Below, piece after piece: positions 13,276 to 25,695 of a stretch of DNA of 64,000 nt. The notes under the pieces were generated by a model. The model was not told where the DNA came from and ran no database searches. It was given only the letters and a program-made list of their open reading frames with translations. A program made the position numbers and the translations under genes. Source of the DNA: Euprymna scolopes (lineage: Eukaryota). Position 1 is the stretch's first letter. Each line of letters begins with the position of its first letter. The stretch lies in the NCBI GenBank assembly GCA_053919585.1, contig CM132807.1. One strand, written 5' to 3'.

Positions 13276-15243
13276 AACTCTGGTCACACACATAAGTATT
13301 TAAAAATCCAACCACACTTGCGTGTTTTAGGCAAATGATGGTTGTTCCTGTTAACATGTAGCAGCAGCAAACTCATCTGATTATTAAAGAATATGAAAAT
13401 AGAATTCAGTAGAGCTGCCGAGAGAGGAGAGAGAAGGGAGTGGGGAAAGAAAAGTGAATGAACAAAAATAATTAATTCAAATAATTTTTTTTTTGTTTTA
13501 AAAAGAAAAAAAAAATAGAAAAAGATTATGAAAGAATGCAATGAATTCATGAAAAAAAATAAAAAAATTTTTTTTAAATCTGGAAAAAAAAATTACAATA
13601 ATATGAAACAATAATAATAATTATAATAATAATAAGACAACAAAAATTACTTTTCAAAAATCAGAGAAAGAATGGGAGGGAAAGAGAGAAAGGAAAAGTA
13701 CACAATGTTTATATATTTTTGTCTCTTTTTTTTTTTAATGATTTTTTTTTAATAATTTCCACATCCAAATGAAGATGTCATAGTTCGTCTGCCTCCATTT
13801 TTAAAAAAAAATTTTTTAATGTTAATATTTATCACAGTCCTGTTTCTGGTCGTCCTATGCAATTCTCTCACATGATCTACATAAAAATCTCTCACCGTAC
13901 AAACCCAATCATAAAACACAAACATAACATTCTTTCTTGTAAACGTTTTTTTTTATTTTTCCTGTCTTTCATGAGTTTAGCTTTTTATTGGTTTTGTTGG
14001 AAAAAAAAAAGAGATGTTAAAAAAATTGGCAGAAGGGGTAGTTTCATAGATACAACAGTAACAGACAGAAAATTGTATTTTCTCTGGTTTAAAATCACAA
14101 GTGAAATAAATTCAAGTTTAAACCTTAATTTGAGTCAGAAAATTATTTTATTTCCGCTAATTTGAAGACTTCAAAATCACTTTCCAATGTTAAAGGCTAT
14201 GAAATAAAAATTGTTTCAAGACTTTTTGTAAAATTTACTAAAAGCTAAAAGAAAAATGTCCAAGTTTATTTGATGGTTGCCCAGACCTCTCTCCTATTAA
14301 AAAACAAAAATACAGAAAATTAACCGAAAAGATCAGATTCCAAAAAATCATATGAATTGATCAAGTAGTTTAGTTTTTTTAACTAAGAAAATCATGTTTT
14401 TAATTGTAGCTACTACAAGGCTGATTTTTATCTATTTCTGGAGAGGTTGTAAAATGATGAATTTTCAAGATGGCATTGTGAGACATTATATCCTTGATTC
14501 CTCATTAAATTTGATTTTCTTAGTGAAAGTGAAAAAAAAAAAAAAAAAAAAAAAATACTTGATAAATTTATGCGATTTTTAAAATATGACATTTTTGTTC
14601 TGTGACGGGTACATATATATTAAAGACTTTTCTGTATTTTTGTTTTTAATAAAGAGGGACAAGCACCATTTATTTCTGTGACCTTTTCAAATTCAAAGGT
14701 TTTTTTTTTTTTTTTGCTTTTCCCAAACCAAAATGTTAACTATTGCATCACTGAACTGGGGAGGAGGGTGGGGAGGAGGAGGAGGAGGAGGAGGAGAAGG
14801 AGGAGGAGGAGATATACGTTTCAAACAACTCTTCACCTTTTCAGTGTTAGAAAGCCTCTTCAATACATGCATCCCACCAAGCAAACAACATACATAACAG
14901 AATATACCAGAATATAAATATCAAATATATTTCAAAACTGGAGAGCTTAATGTATAGATAAGGTCAGTTGAGACCGAAATAAAATTGTCTAGTGTGTTCT
15001 ATTCTTTATTCAGTGAATATAAAAATATATACTTTTTTTTTTATTTTTGAAGTATATATTTCTTATAAAATAGTCCAAGTTGTTATGGATAAGCTCAATG
15101 AAGATATATACTGTGAATTCACATTTCGGTTATCACAAAACCGAAAATCTACAATGATTTTTGTTCTTTTATATTTAACATATAGGTGAATTTTTATATT
15201 TACCTTTATTTTTTTTTGGGGGGGGGATAAATATAAAAATTCG

Positions 15244-15281
<38 letters not shown>

Positions 15282-15477
15282 GGAGATGCTAATATCAAAT
15301 ATTTAATTATCGCTAAAAAATAAATAAATAAATAAATGAATGAATAAATAAAATAACTGAGTGATAAAAAAAATAGCAAATAATATCACTCAACCATAGA
15401 ACCGATGGTTTGAGATTCAAATATATGCACTAAACCATAGAATCTATGGTTCGAGATTCGAGCCCTAATAGAGTCAA

Positions 15478-15519
15478 GTTACATTGATGAGCTGTAGAGC
15501 AGCGAAACATGTATGTAGC
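15478..15519 (+). ncRNA. Type I hammerhead ribozyme (C3U core variant)
   Basis: Stem I GTTACA/TGTAGC; TTGATGA; stem II GCTGT-AGA-GCAGC; GAA-ACATGT-A; predicted cleavage after 15513. Confidence 0.75.
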
Positions 15520-15637
15520 ATACTGTTATGACACCACACTGCTTTTGACAACTAAAATTCAATCTTTATTATGTCGTGTGTGTGTGTGTGTGTGTGTATA
15601 CTGTTTTAAAAAGTAAAATAAAAGTAATATATATAAC

Positions 15638-16130
15638 GTCAGGGGTGTGAGTTCCATATAGAAAAGTTGATTTAATTTTAATAAAATATGCATCAAGTGT
15701 GCTTGCAAGCAAAATCACAACGTAATATTAGGAAAATAAACAAATATTTTACTTGTTTGAAATTTATAGCAAATATATTTCAGAGGTATACTCCATCTTC
15801 AGTATGTTGTGTTTTTTTTCTTTTCTTCTCCCTTGCCATGTTTTAAAGTTGGAGAAAGAAAAGTGTTTGTAAAGAGCCGCGCATTGTATCTCAGTGGTCG
15901 TATTTTGAAACGTTGGAACTGCGCGAGGCAATGCAAGAATAATATCAGGGGTGTGAGTTCATATATGACAAGGATGAAGAAAAGAAAAAAAGAAAGCAAC
16001 ATACTGAAGATGGAGTATACCTCCGAAACATATTTGTTATAAATTTCAAACAAGTAAAATATTTGTTTATTTTCCTAATATTACGTTGTGATTTGACTTT
16101 CAAGAGCACTTGATGAATATTTTATTTTAT
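15638..16130. mobile_element. Fold-back element with hammerhead-like motif (family D)
   Basis: About 130-bp inverted repeat (15680-15810 vs 15995-16125); CTGAAGA-T-GGAG-TATAC-CTCC-GAAAC at 16004-16029. Confidence 0.7.
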
Positions 16131-16289
16131 TCAATACATATTTGTCTACAGCCTAAAAATAGGTGCAATATTTCTAAGGGGAAACTGATTCCTTAATCTC
16201 CTAAGAAGATGATAATACCAAATAGTTCATTATCGCTAAAAAAAAAAAAAAAAAAAATCAAAATAAATTGACATAATATATATAGGCGA

Positions 16290-16338
<49 letters not shown>

Positions 16339-16799
16339 AAGATAAAAATCATAATTGTGGATTGACTTTATTATACACATGTATATCATATAGTATGTTA
16401 TGCGTTAAGCTGCTTTTTGTTTTGTTGATGCCATTGTTTGTGTAGACAATATTACAGTCATGAAAATTAAATGAATGGATCTCAAGATGGCCGGACTTCA
16501 TTTTTGTAGATGATGGAGAGGTTAAAAAATGGTAGAAAACGATGGTTTAATTTTTAACCAAATGACAAAATATTGATATGAGATATTGACAAGGGCGTGA
16601 AGTGTTAATGAAGTGAGAATACTAACGATTACCAAAACACATAACTTTGTTTAGTTCAGTGAAGAGGGCAAAAACAGGATGACAAAAAATATTTAAGATT
16701 TGTTTTTTTAGAGTGAGAGCAGGGGAAAAGACGGATTAATAAAAAAAAAAAAAAATATATATATATATTTTAGAATGGGTATATATCTAAGTATATTAT

Positions 16800-17090
16800 A
16801 ACCAACATAATTACATTAACACACCAGTTTCCATTAGACCATTAAAGTTAAGCAACATTGAACCTGGTCAGTATCAGATGGGTGACTATTTGGGAATACC
16901 AGACGCTTTGTGTGGGAGGAAATTGACACCTCCCTACAAGAAATGAAAACACTTATCTTCATCATCTCCTCTGACAAGAACATACAAGCAACTGGTGATT
17001 GCTTGTGAATTTGATATTCCCATGAAACTTCCTCCTTTGAAAGAAGCCGGTTTAAGCCACCTAGGGTAAATGCCACTTCAAACAACATCT
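16800..17090 (+). mobile_element. 5S rRNA-derived SINE (SINE3-type)
   Basis: aagttaagcaacattgaacctggtcagtatcagatgggtgactatttgggaataccag aligns to the 5S internal control region; body shared with 25590-25695 (-) and 48080-48205 (+). Confidence 0.8.
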
Positions 17091-18561
17091 GTGCATTGTA
17101 CTATGTGCGTATGTGATAAATTCTTTTAATTAGTGGTAAGACAGAAACAATGGGGGTTGCCTTAATCTGGCATACAAAAACAGAGTATCTAAATATTAAT
17201 TTACTTGTCAGAGGTCCAGAAAAAAAAAATATCATCAAACATTAATGAGAAACGAATTACCTCCCTTTATAGTCACTCTTTATTAGTTAATCATTAAAAC
17301 CATTTCCTCTCCAAAAAAAAAATAAACAAAAAACATGGCTGTCTGTTTACGGTTTCAAATTGGCTATTTTATTTTATAATTTGTAATATATATAATAAGT
17401 CATGTTAAGAGGAGACTAATATTTAAAAAAAAATTTTTTTAATTTACAAAAAAATGTGCAAGGGAATTGACATGTGCTCCTTTATAATTTATATAAAAAA
17501 TTATTCAGAAAAAAAAATGTGTTGTGTTGAATTTTCATAAAAAAAAAAATATTTTTTTTTTTTTTTAAATCAATTCTTTTAAGCTTTAAAAGGTTAAAAA
17601 AATTGCTAAAAAATTGTTTTAAATTCGTTGTTATTTGTTTTATTTTATTTATAATAAGTTTTAAAAATGTTCAACTACCGTGGAATATCCGCAAGTTCTG
17701 CTAGTTATTATTATTTAAACAAAGCAAGGACACCGTGTTTTGGTTAGTTAACTCGTCTCCAAAGCCAAAAAGAGTATGAATCATTTTATCCCCCCCCCGC
17801 CCGTTAACTGATGATTTCCTGTGCAGTCCTAGGAGGTCTACCCTCCCAGGCCATGATTTCCCATCTTTCGGGTGGAGTGAGTTTATTGCTTACTGCCTGG
17901 TGCACGCCTATCAGGAAATTCTGACAAGGGTTATTTTTTTTTTTAATAGGTTAGAGTGTTCCTCCCTTAAGTGTGCTGGCTTGACTCCCCCACATCTTCT
18001 GACCTTGTGTCACATTTTGCTGTGGTGGAGAAAAAATAAAATAACACCTTAAGTTTGACACCTTCAAGATAATCGGTTAATTGGAAGAAAAATATATCAA
18101 TGTCACAAATAGTTATGGTCATTGTAAAACGTTTTATCTTCTGACAAAAAAAAAAAGTTTTTTTTTTTTTATATTGTGTTTGAGATAGAATAGAGTATGA
18201 CAAATACAAGAAATTAGTTGCTAAATGTAAGGAGCAAAAAAAAAAACGGTTTATTTGTATTATAAACAACCCAACCTCCCCATGTTAAGAACAGCTTTCA
18301 GAATAAACACCCCCCAGTCTCGAAAGCCGTTCTGAACATGGGAAGGTTGGGAGGGGGTTTATTCCAAAAGCCGTTTTTAACATGGGGTGGTTGGGGGTGT
18401 TTTGCTGGGGCAGGTCGTAAAAAAAATACCAAATAATTTTTATGTTAAAAAAAAAAAAAAAAAAAAGAAAGAAAGAAAAAAAGGGGGTCAAATTGGTCGG
18501 TAGGCAAATTCGTTTGTCAGGAAGATCATTATTAAAGGACAAAATCCAGAAATGTTTGAAA

Positions 18562-18616
<55 letters not shown>

Positions 18617-18694
18617 TTGGAGATAGTCTGAAACAAATACAGAGAAAAGAGATTCCAGTGCAAATTATTTGAGATCTGTAATCTTTATTAATCA

Positions 18695-19140
18695 CGATAT
18701 CCACAGCTGTTTCTCTATATTGCTGCTCTGGCTCTTTCATATGGTTAGACATAGAATCTCATCATGAAATACGGGCTAACTCTGATCATTTGGTCAGCAT
18801 TTTGGACTTTTTACTCTATTATGAGCACTATGAAATAAAAGAAATTATGATGTATATATATTTATGTTTACATTCATATTAGTGACTACCTAGAGTAGTC
18901 AATTTTTTAAATTTTTTTCTAAGAATAATAATGTTAAGAGGCAACTGTTAATGCCCTCACTAGAGAGCTCAACCCATGAGTGAGTAGCCAGTGAAACAGT
19001 TGTCTGGATAACTACATTTGTTTTACACTCTTGGGTTGAGATCTAGTGAGAGAATTAATGGATTCCACTTAGCATAAAGCATTTCTCTTAAAAAAAAAAA
19101 CAAAAAAACTAGCCTTTTAGGCAGTCGGTAGTGTGAATAT
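18695..19140 (+). repeat. ~450-bp block duplicated at 27335-27790, containing a long hairpin
   Basis: Colinear alignment by eye over the whole block. Confidence 0.85.
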
Positions 19141-19274
19141 AAAACAGATTCTTTTGAGAGAGAACATAATATTCTGCTTTCTTCATCCTTGTTCCATGAA
19201 AAGGAATCTTAAACAAAATCACACTATGTAGTAAAAACATACTTTTTTTTTTTTTAAATTTTTTTACCTGGGGG

Positions 19275-19620
19275 TGTGGGTTACCACTTATCAAAGTCTG
19301 TGGGCTACTTGAGGATAAGGATTAAGTATTAGTTAGACAACATGATCAGTAATGGTGGAACTTGAATAGATGATTTAAGAGGCAGCTCAGTAGGAACTTA
19401 TTCACATTCAATTTGAAAATGATCATGCTATAGTTGGCTGGAAAGCAGCCCCACAGTATTGTGTTCCACAGACAGTTCTAAGAAAGAAACTCTGCTCATG
19501 AAATGCTTATTTAGTTTTAAGTATAGATATAGAGTCAAGGAGTTAAGCCGAGAAGCACTTGTGATTGCTCATATAAATTTAAATCTCGTATAAATTTAAA
19601 TCTGTGCAGGGGAATGGAGC
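19275..19620 (-). mobile_element. Degenerate LINE 3' fragment, same family
   Basis: Shares tail (ccacttatcaa...gaggataagg) and gttctaagaaagaa segment with 8155-8700. Confidence 0.6.
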
Positions 19621-20700
19621 AATTATAAATCTTGCTTAAAAGTAATAGTATTGACTCATCAATCCTCACAACTTTATTAACTTCTGCTAACAGCATTCTT
19701 ACTAATCGTTTTTATCTCAGAAGAAGAAAAAAAAGATTGTAAGTACAAAATCCAGAGTTTTTCTTACGAATTTGCGTTACATATTTTTTTCAGTTCAGGG
19801 GAGTTAAAGTGTCACATACCTTTAGACATAAACGTTAAGGAAGGGCATAACACAAAATTGGTAATCATCCAGTGTTTAGTATACTCACAAGCATGGATTG
19901 AAGTTTCGTTCTATGAATTCCCATATTGTATGAATTTGTCTCATCATCGGGATTTCATAAACATACGTAGATATGAAGAGTATAATGGGTGAAAAATTAT
20001 GAAATAATTATTCAAAGTTAGGTAACGACCTAACAAAGAAAATGGTTCATGAGTTCTTAGAATGTGTTCAACAAGTCTTGTAAATGATATTTTATGGCAA
20101 TAATTTTATGTGGATTGAAGAAATAATATTCCAACTTGTCCTTTTCTGAGTTTTTGAGATGTGGATTATTCGTAATCTTTGGATTACCGTTCTACTCTTG
20201 ATATTTTCACAAACGTTTTGAACTTAAAGTAGGTGGGAGGTCACATCTACTGAAACGTTGCGAAAATAACGCTTGAGATAAAAAGAGTAGTTCACAGAAA
20301 CGAAATAATATGAATATTCCAACTTATCATGAAGCTGTCTGACAATTTGGAAATGGTTAAAGAGATTGCCAATTGAAATTGGGCTGTGAAATCTGTAACT
20401 TACCATGTGCATTGAACCATTATTCGCAGTAAATTGATGGTTGAAGATGGAAATGTTTAAAAGATGGATTTCATCACCCAATACGAAAAAAAGAATTTTT
20501 AAAACTTTTTTTCTGAGTGAAGCAAACTTTAGTTATGAACAATTATTTTCATAATTCATACTTGGAGCAAGGATTTTCTTTTTTCAGTTTCACCCTTTGC
20601 AGAAATCTCTGACACGGTGCCAATACATTATTTAAAGTTAGTTGGGGACTGATGATAAAAACGCAGGAGATGGATAAGATCTCAGATTCTAGATGAACCA

Positions 20701-21222
20701 TCTATAAATATAAAAGCGAAAATGTTTGTGTGTGTGTGTGTGTGTGCGCGCGCGTTTTTGTGTATGTCCAAGAAAGGCTTTTTTCCAAGAAGCGATCAGT
20801 CGCCTCACAACTTCTTAAAACTTTTTATATCACGTCTAAATGATAATATCTACGAGTTAACAACCAGGGTCGCATGTCTTATTTAATTTGCCCGACTTTC
20901 AAAAGATAAAAATTCAACAATTTTCGATCGCCGCATGTGCATTAAGCTTTTTTGTATAAAAAAAAGAAGCGAACAGACTCGCGGTAAATAAAACACTGTC
21001 CCGCACTCAAATTTGACGTCATTAACAAGTCAAAAACGGGCACCTGCCGTTAAACGTTGCACGTTTTATTTTACACTTTATTATTTTTCAACTGCACGTC
21101 AAGGCTTCATTTTTTTTTTAAAACAAACACCCGGGATACCCGGCCAACGATTTTTCTTTTCATTTACCAAAAAACACACACACCTACAAACACCGGGGCA
21201 ACGCCAGGTACCTGCCCGCTAG
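20701..21222 (+). mobile_element. Non-autonomous Helitron
   Basis: A|TC start, (GT)n, subterminal hairpin CCGGGGCAACGCCAGG, CTAG|T end. Confidence 0.85.
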
Positions 21223-22861
21223 TAACAGATAGAGCAAGAAAAAGGGAGGTAGAAAGAAACCAAAATTCAGGCACAAAAGGAAACCTTAATAATCTTTTTA
21301 CAATATTGCTTCAAACTCTTGTTGCTGATAAATTTCAACTATTTTCTTTAAAATTTTCCCTATGAGTTCACTATAATTCAACAAACCTTTGTTCTAGATT
21401 TTTTAAGAAGCCAATACAACGATTAAAAAAAAAAAAAAAAATAAGCATTAATTTATCTATATAAATAAAACAGATGAACTCTTAAACAACTTGTCACATA
21501 ACACTGAAATTAGCAGGAAATAGCAATCATCCACCAAGGATGGTTTATAACGAACAAAATTTTTGTTTGGATTGATGAATAACGTGAACAAAAATGTTGG
21601 CAAGTTAAAATGCAAAATGTTCGTTTCAACTTGCCAATATATTTCTATTATTTTTGCGAATGCATAAATTAATTTATAGCTTGAAGTGGTTTAATTAAAA
21701 AAATTTCTTATCTGCTGATAGCTCAAATGGTAGGGAATGCAGCTGAAACAATAACTGTTTTGGTTTTGTTTCTAGCTGATGGCACCCAAGTCATTTTTTT
21801 TTTTTTAACTTCTGAAATCATTAGGTACAATATAATAATCCATAGAGAATTGGTTCTGAAATAATAAATACAAAATCTGCATGAATTAAAATATATTTAA
21901 GCGTATTTTACGACCAGGTAAGGCCTTTTTAGCCGGACATACAAACATGCACACAGATAAATGTCCTTTATATTATAGACAAGCAAGTCTACCCCCACGT
22001 TGTCTGAGGCAAAAGTGCAACACATTTCTATTAAAACTTCCGTCTCTCTATCCATCTATCTTTCTTTTTTTTTTTTTTACACTCTTCCCTGTTTTTACCT
22101 TCCTCTCTCTCTACATACACACATGAACACACAACTACCTTTTATGGATTCCTTGAAGAATGACTCGGCATAAGGGAAGTGAATCCTGGATTGAAAATTC
22201 AGAGTTATTTCCCTTTAGTTAGATAATCTGACTGAAAAACCGACCTTGACTAATTAAATCTGTGCCATAGTCGAAGAATGAAGAATTATTTTTAATGTTA
22301 AGTTATTCATCTGCAGCCGTGTTGATTAAGACATACATACACAGACAACTGTTTTTCATATAATAGATAATCACAGGAATTGCATTCTATAATCTAGAAT
22401 ATAAATCTCACCTGTCTGTTTAAATGTATGTATGTCTGCCCAAAACTTTTGACAGAGGTGACGGATTTTCACGAGATCAGTATCGTTTTGAAGTTGACCC
22501 TTCGGACGACAAATATTGAAAAATTGGCTAAAGACATTAATTCCTTCACCCTCAACTGGGCACTTTTCTACAAGGAGAATTGTCTTTCTTTTTTATTTTT
22601 TGGATCATCATTTTTGCAAGTCATTGTATCTGTTAGAATGACTTAATTTCAGCGTTCCAAACTTCTGGTCGCGTCATAGAATAGGAGTAGGACGTCAGGT
22701 TTTCTTTCATTTTCTGCCTTCGTGTCATAGGTTCAAGCCTGCCTGCCTACTACCACTTTTTCTTTTTTGCTCAACACACACCTCCAAACACCTGGGTTAG
22801 TATACTTTAATTCTATCAATTAATCAGAATAAGTGTCCAGATCATACATCTCTCATGCTAT

Positions 22862-23180
22862 CTATTTCTCTTGGCCGACTTTGGGTAAGATTGGCGCAGT
22901 TGATAGAGACGTTGAATCTCTACGGTTCCAGATGAGCATTGTCTGAAGATAGCAGTTTCAATCCTACCCAAAGCCGGCCAGAGGCTTACTTGGTCAAAAC
23001 GTGGTGAGACGACAACAACTACGGATGGCAGTGATTGCCGAGAATGCAGTTAGGAGATTTGAAGTTCCTATCCGTTGCGGTTACCACCTGACAAAGACCA
23101 GAGGAATAGTTGGCCGAAACGTCGTGAAACAACAACTAATAAAGATTAGAATAATAGTCCGCCATAAATAAATTAATATT
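22862..23180 (+). mobile_element. Family B element: tRNA-like head in an extended inverted repeat, with a hammerhead tail
   Basis: 21-bp inverted repeat at 22872-22892 and 22960-22980; CAC-CTGACAA-AGACCA..TGGCC-GAAAC-GTC-GTG at 23085-23126. Confidence 0.75.
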
Positions 23181-23654
23181 CACAATTATTATTTAAAAGA
23201 AAAAAGGTGCACTCCGCTCCTATACATTTCTTGTAAGAATTAGATTTCTTTAATAAATTTTAACTTTAGGGGGTCATTTTCCTATCACTATATATTTTTT
23301 CTTGTATGACTAATCAGCAAATTCCATTGATCTATTTCTGAGATAGAGTGAAGTAAGGACTCATATCCATTCCAACCATATTAGCACTGAACGCAATAGA
23401 ATTAACAAGATTTGAACCATGACTGTTGATTTCATAACAGACACGGGTAACCACCTCATTAAGTGTATACAAGAATATCATTTGATGTTGAAAATGGTTA
23501 CGAAACAATGGACAATCTCAAGCATAATGCTTAACGATGAAAAGATTTTGATCCTAGGCATGACAGACAAAACTGAAACATGACCAACCAACGGAGCCTC
23601 TAAGAGAGATGTATGGACACATCTAGATAATTTAGAAAGGGTGATTTCAGAAAC

Positions 23655-23900
23655 AAAAGGTGTAGTAGGTAAATTACTTGGTAAAATTCAGTTGTATGAT
23701 CTGGAGGTCAAAGGTTCAATCCTCTGTGGGTGACAACCCCGTGGATTAAATAGAAGGTTCCGTTCAAAATTCCATGCAGATTCCAGAGTCTGACAGAAAG
23801 ATTCCGAGATAGAAGGTTGGAGATTACATCAACCGAAATATTGTGAAAATAACACTCAAGACGAGAACAGTAGTCAGGAAACTCCAAATACTAAAAAAAA
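23655..23900 (+). mobile_element. Family A element
   Basis: GGTGTAGTAGG A-box-like, GGTTCAATCC B-box; GGTTG-GAGATTACAT-CAACC-GAAA tail. Confidence 0.75.
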
Positions 23901-25509
23901 AACTTAGCAAAAGGCGATAAACTAATTTCTTGCATTTGTCAGCTTGAAGTCAGATTTAGTTACAAGAAAGAGCCATGTGGAGTTTTTAAAAGTTGAAATG
24001 TTTCAGAGATATTTAAGAGTTTGTTTTTATGACATGCCGAGCTATTTGTGGTTTATTTAATCCCCAAATTCAATGCTGATTGCAGTGTTTAAGATTATCT
24101 TAGGAGGAAGAGAGGGAAGGGAAAAATGTAGCAATTTTTTTTTTTAGTGGCATATCAACCTCACTTGGCCATTTAATGCTGAGCAAAAATAATAGGATAA
24201 CCATTCTTTCTGATCATTGCACTGATTAGAGAATCGGTTCCTCTTCAGAATTCCACTTATATTAAATAAAAAAAAATCAGAAAAATCTGTATGATGTGCA
24301 CGTAATTAAACAAAAATATCATTCCAAAAATCATATAAATTGATCCAGTAATTTTATTTTTAAAGAAAATAACATTTTATGAGTAACAGAAGAGCAGCTG
24401 TCTTGTTCACCATTCTGAAAACAATCTAAAAACTAAAAAGGGGAGATAACTCAATAATTCAAAGTTATGTTGTAATTTCTTTGAATTCTCATTAATCGCT
24501 AAAAATAATTTTCTTTATAAAAATAAAACTACTTATGTGATTTTGGGAAGATGATCTTTTCATTGTCACAGGTACATAAATATTTTTCTTCATTTTTTTT
24601 TTTTTTAATGTGGGGGGGGGGGGGGTCGTGGACAAGGACTGAAAGATCTGCTCATATTAATATTCTTTGCTTAAAATTATCCTTTGGGTCATCCATCTGG
24701 AAACGGCTAGAATGGATTCCATTGAAATCAATAAAATACACTTTAATATTTCACTCTTTTTATTGAAGCTAATCTTAAAATACAATATTCCAACAGACAC
24801 TGGATGCATTGGTTTAGCTAAACTTTAAGTTTTATTTGGTGCATATTTACTTTGTTAAAAAAAAAAAAAAAAAATACAGAAAAATCTTTATAGTATAGAT
24901 AGTTGGAACGAAGATGTTATAAGAAAAAAAAAAAAAAAAATGAAAATGTAAATTGATCAAGTAGTTTTTTCTTTTTTTTTTTTTTTTAAATGAAGAAAAT
25001 AAAATTCTACGATTTTTAGCAAGTATTTTTGGCAATCCATGATCTCTTAGTTATGGAGAAATAGACAAATCTTGTTAATCGAATTCAGTTGTCCACATTT
25101 GTGTTTTCATACATTAAAAAAAAAAACAAAAAAAAACGTTATCAACGTAATTTTTTGGAATATGACATCTTCATTCCGTGATAGATATGTACATCATAAA
25201 GATTTTCCTGTGTTTTAAATTTTTTTTTTTTTTTTTAAATAAATATAATTCTAAATAAAAAACCTTTTATTTTTATCAAAATAGAATTCTTACACACGCA
25301 CACAAGCTTGAACATTTTACGCAGACAGGAAAAATATTGAGAGCCAATGTCAATCACACACACGATGCCACGTGCTGTTTCAAAACAGACTTTTTTTTTT
25401 TTTTTTAAATTTTATAACTGAAAATAAGATCTGAATTAGCATTTTCTTTTTAATCAATTGTTTTTGGAAAAAGTAGATGATATTTTTGGGAATAATTTTA
25501 TTTATTTTT

Positions 25510-25695
25510 TTTAACAAATGAATCCCCCACTTATCAAGGCCTAGATACCACTCGAGGATAAGGGTTAAAGAGACAATTACTTTACGTATATGTATGCCAG
25601 AGGCATTTACCGTAGGCAGTTTGAACCAACTTCCTATAAAGGAGCAAGTGTCGAGGGAATATTAAATTCACAAGCAGTCCCCAGTCACATGTATT
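25510..25695 (-). mobile_element. 5'-truncated copy of the 5S-SINE with LINE-derived tail
   Basis: Body matches 16985-17075; tail matches the LINE tail at 8160-8217. Confidence 0.8.

Noticed and set aside
12718-13357. Long Phe-rich and Lys-rich ORFs
   Set aside because: Translations of a purine satellite and an N gap.
14818-14937. Minus-strand exon encoding FEIYLIFIFWYILLCMLFAWWDACIEEAF*
   Set aside because: Plausible acceptor but a weak donor, no linked upstream exons and no recognisable homology.
16800-16912. 5S rRNA gene
   Set aside because: Too diverged and fused to a repeat body; treated as a SINE head.
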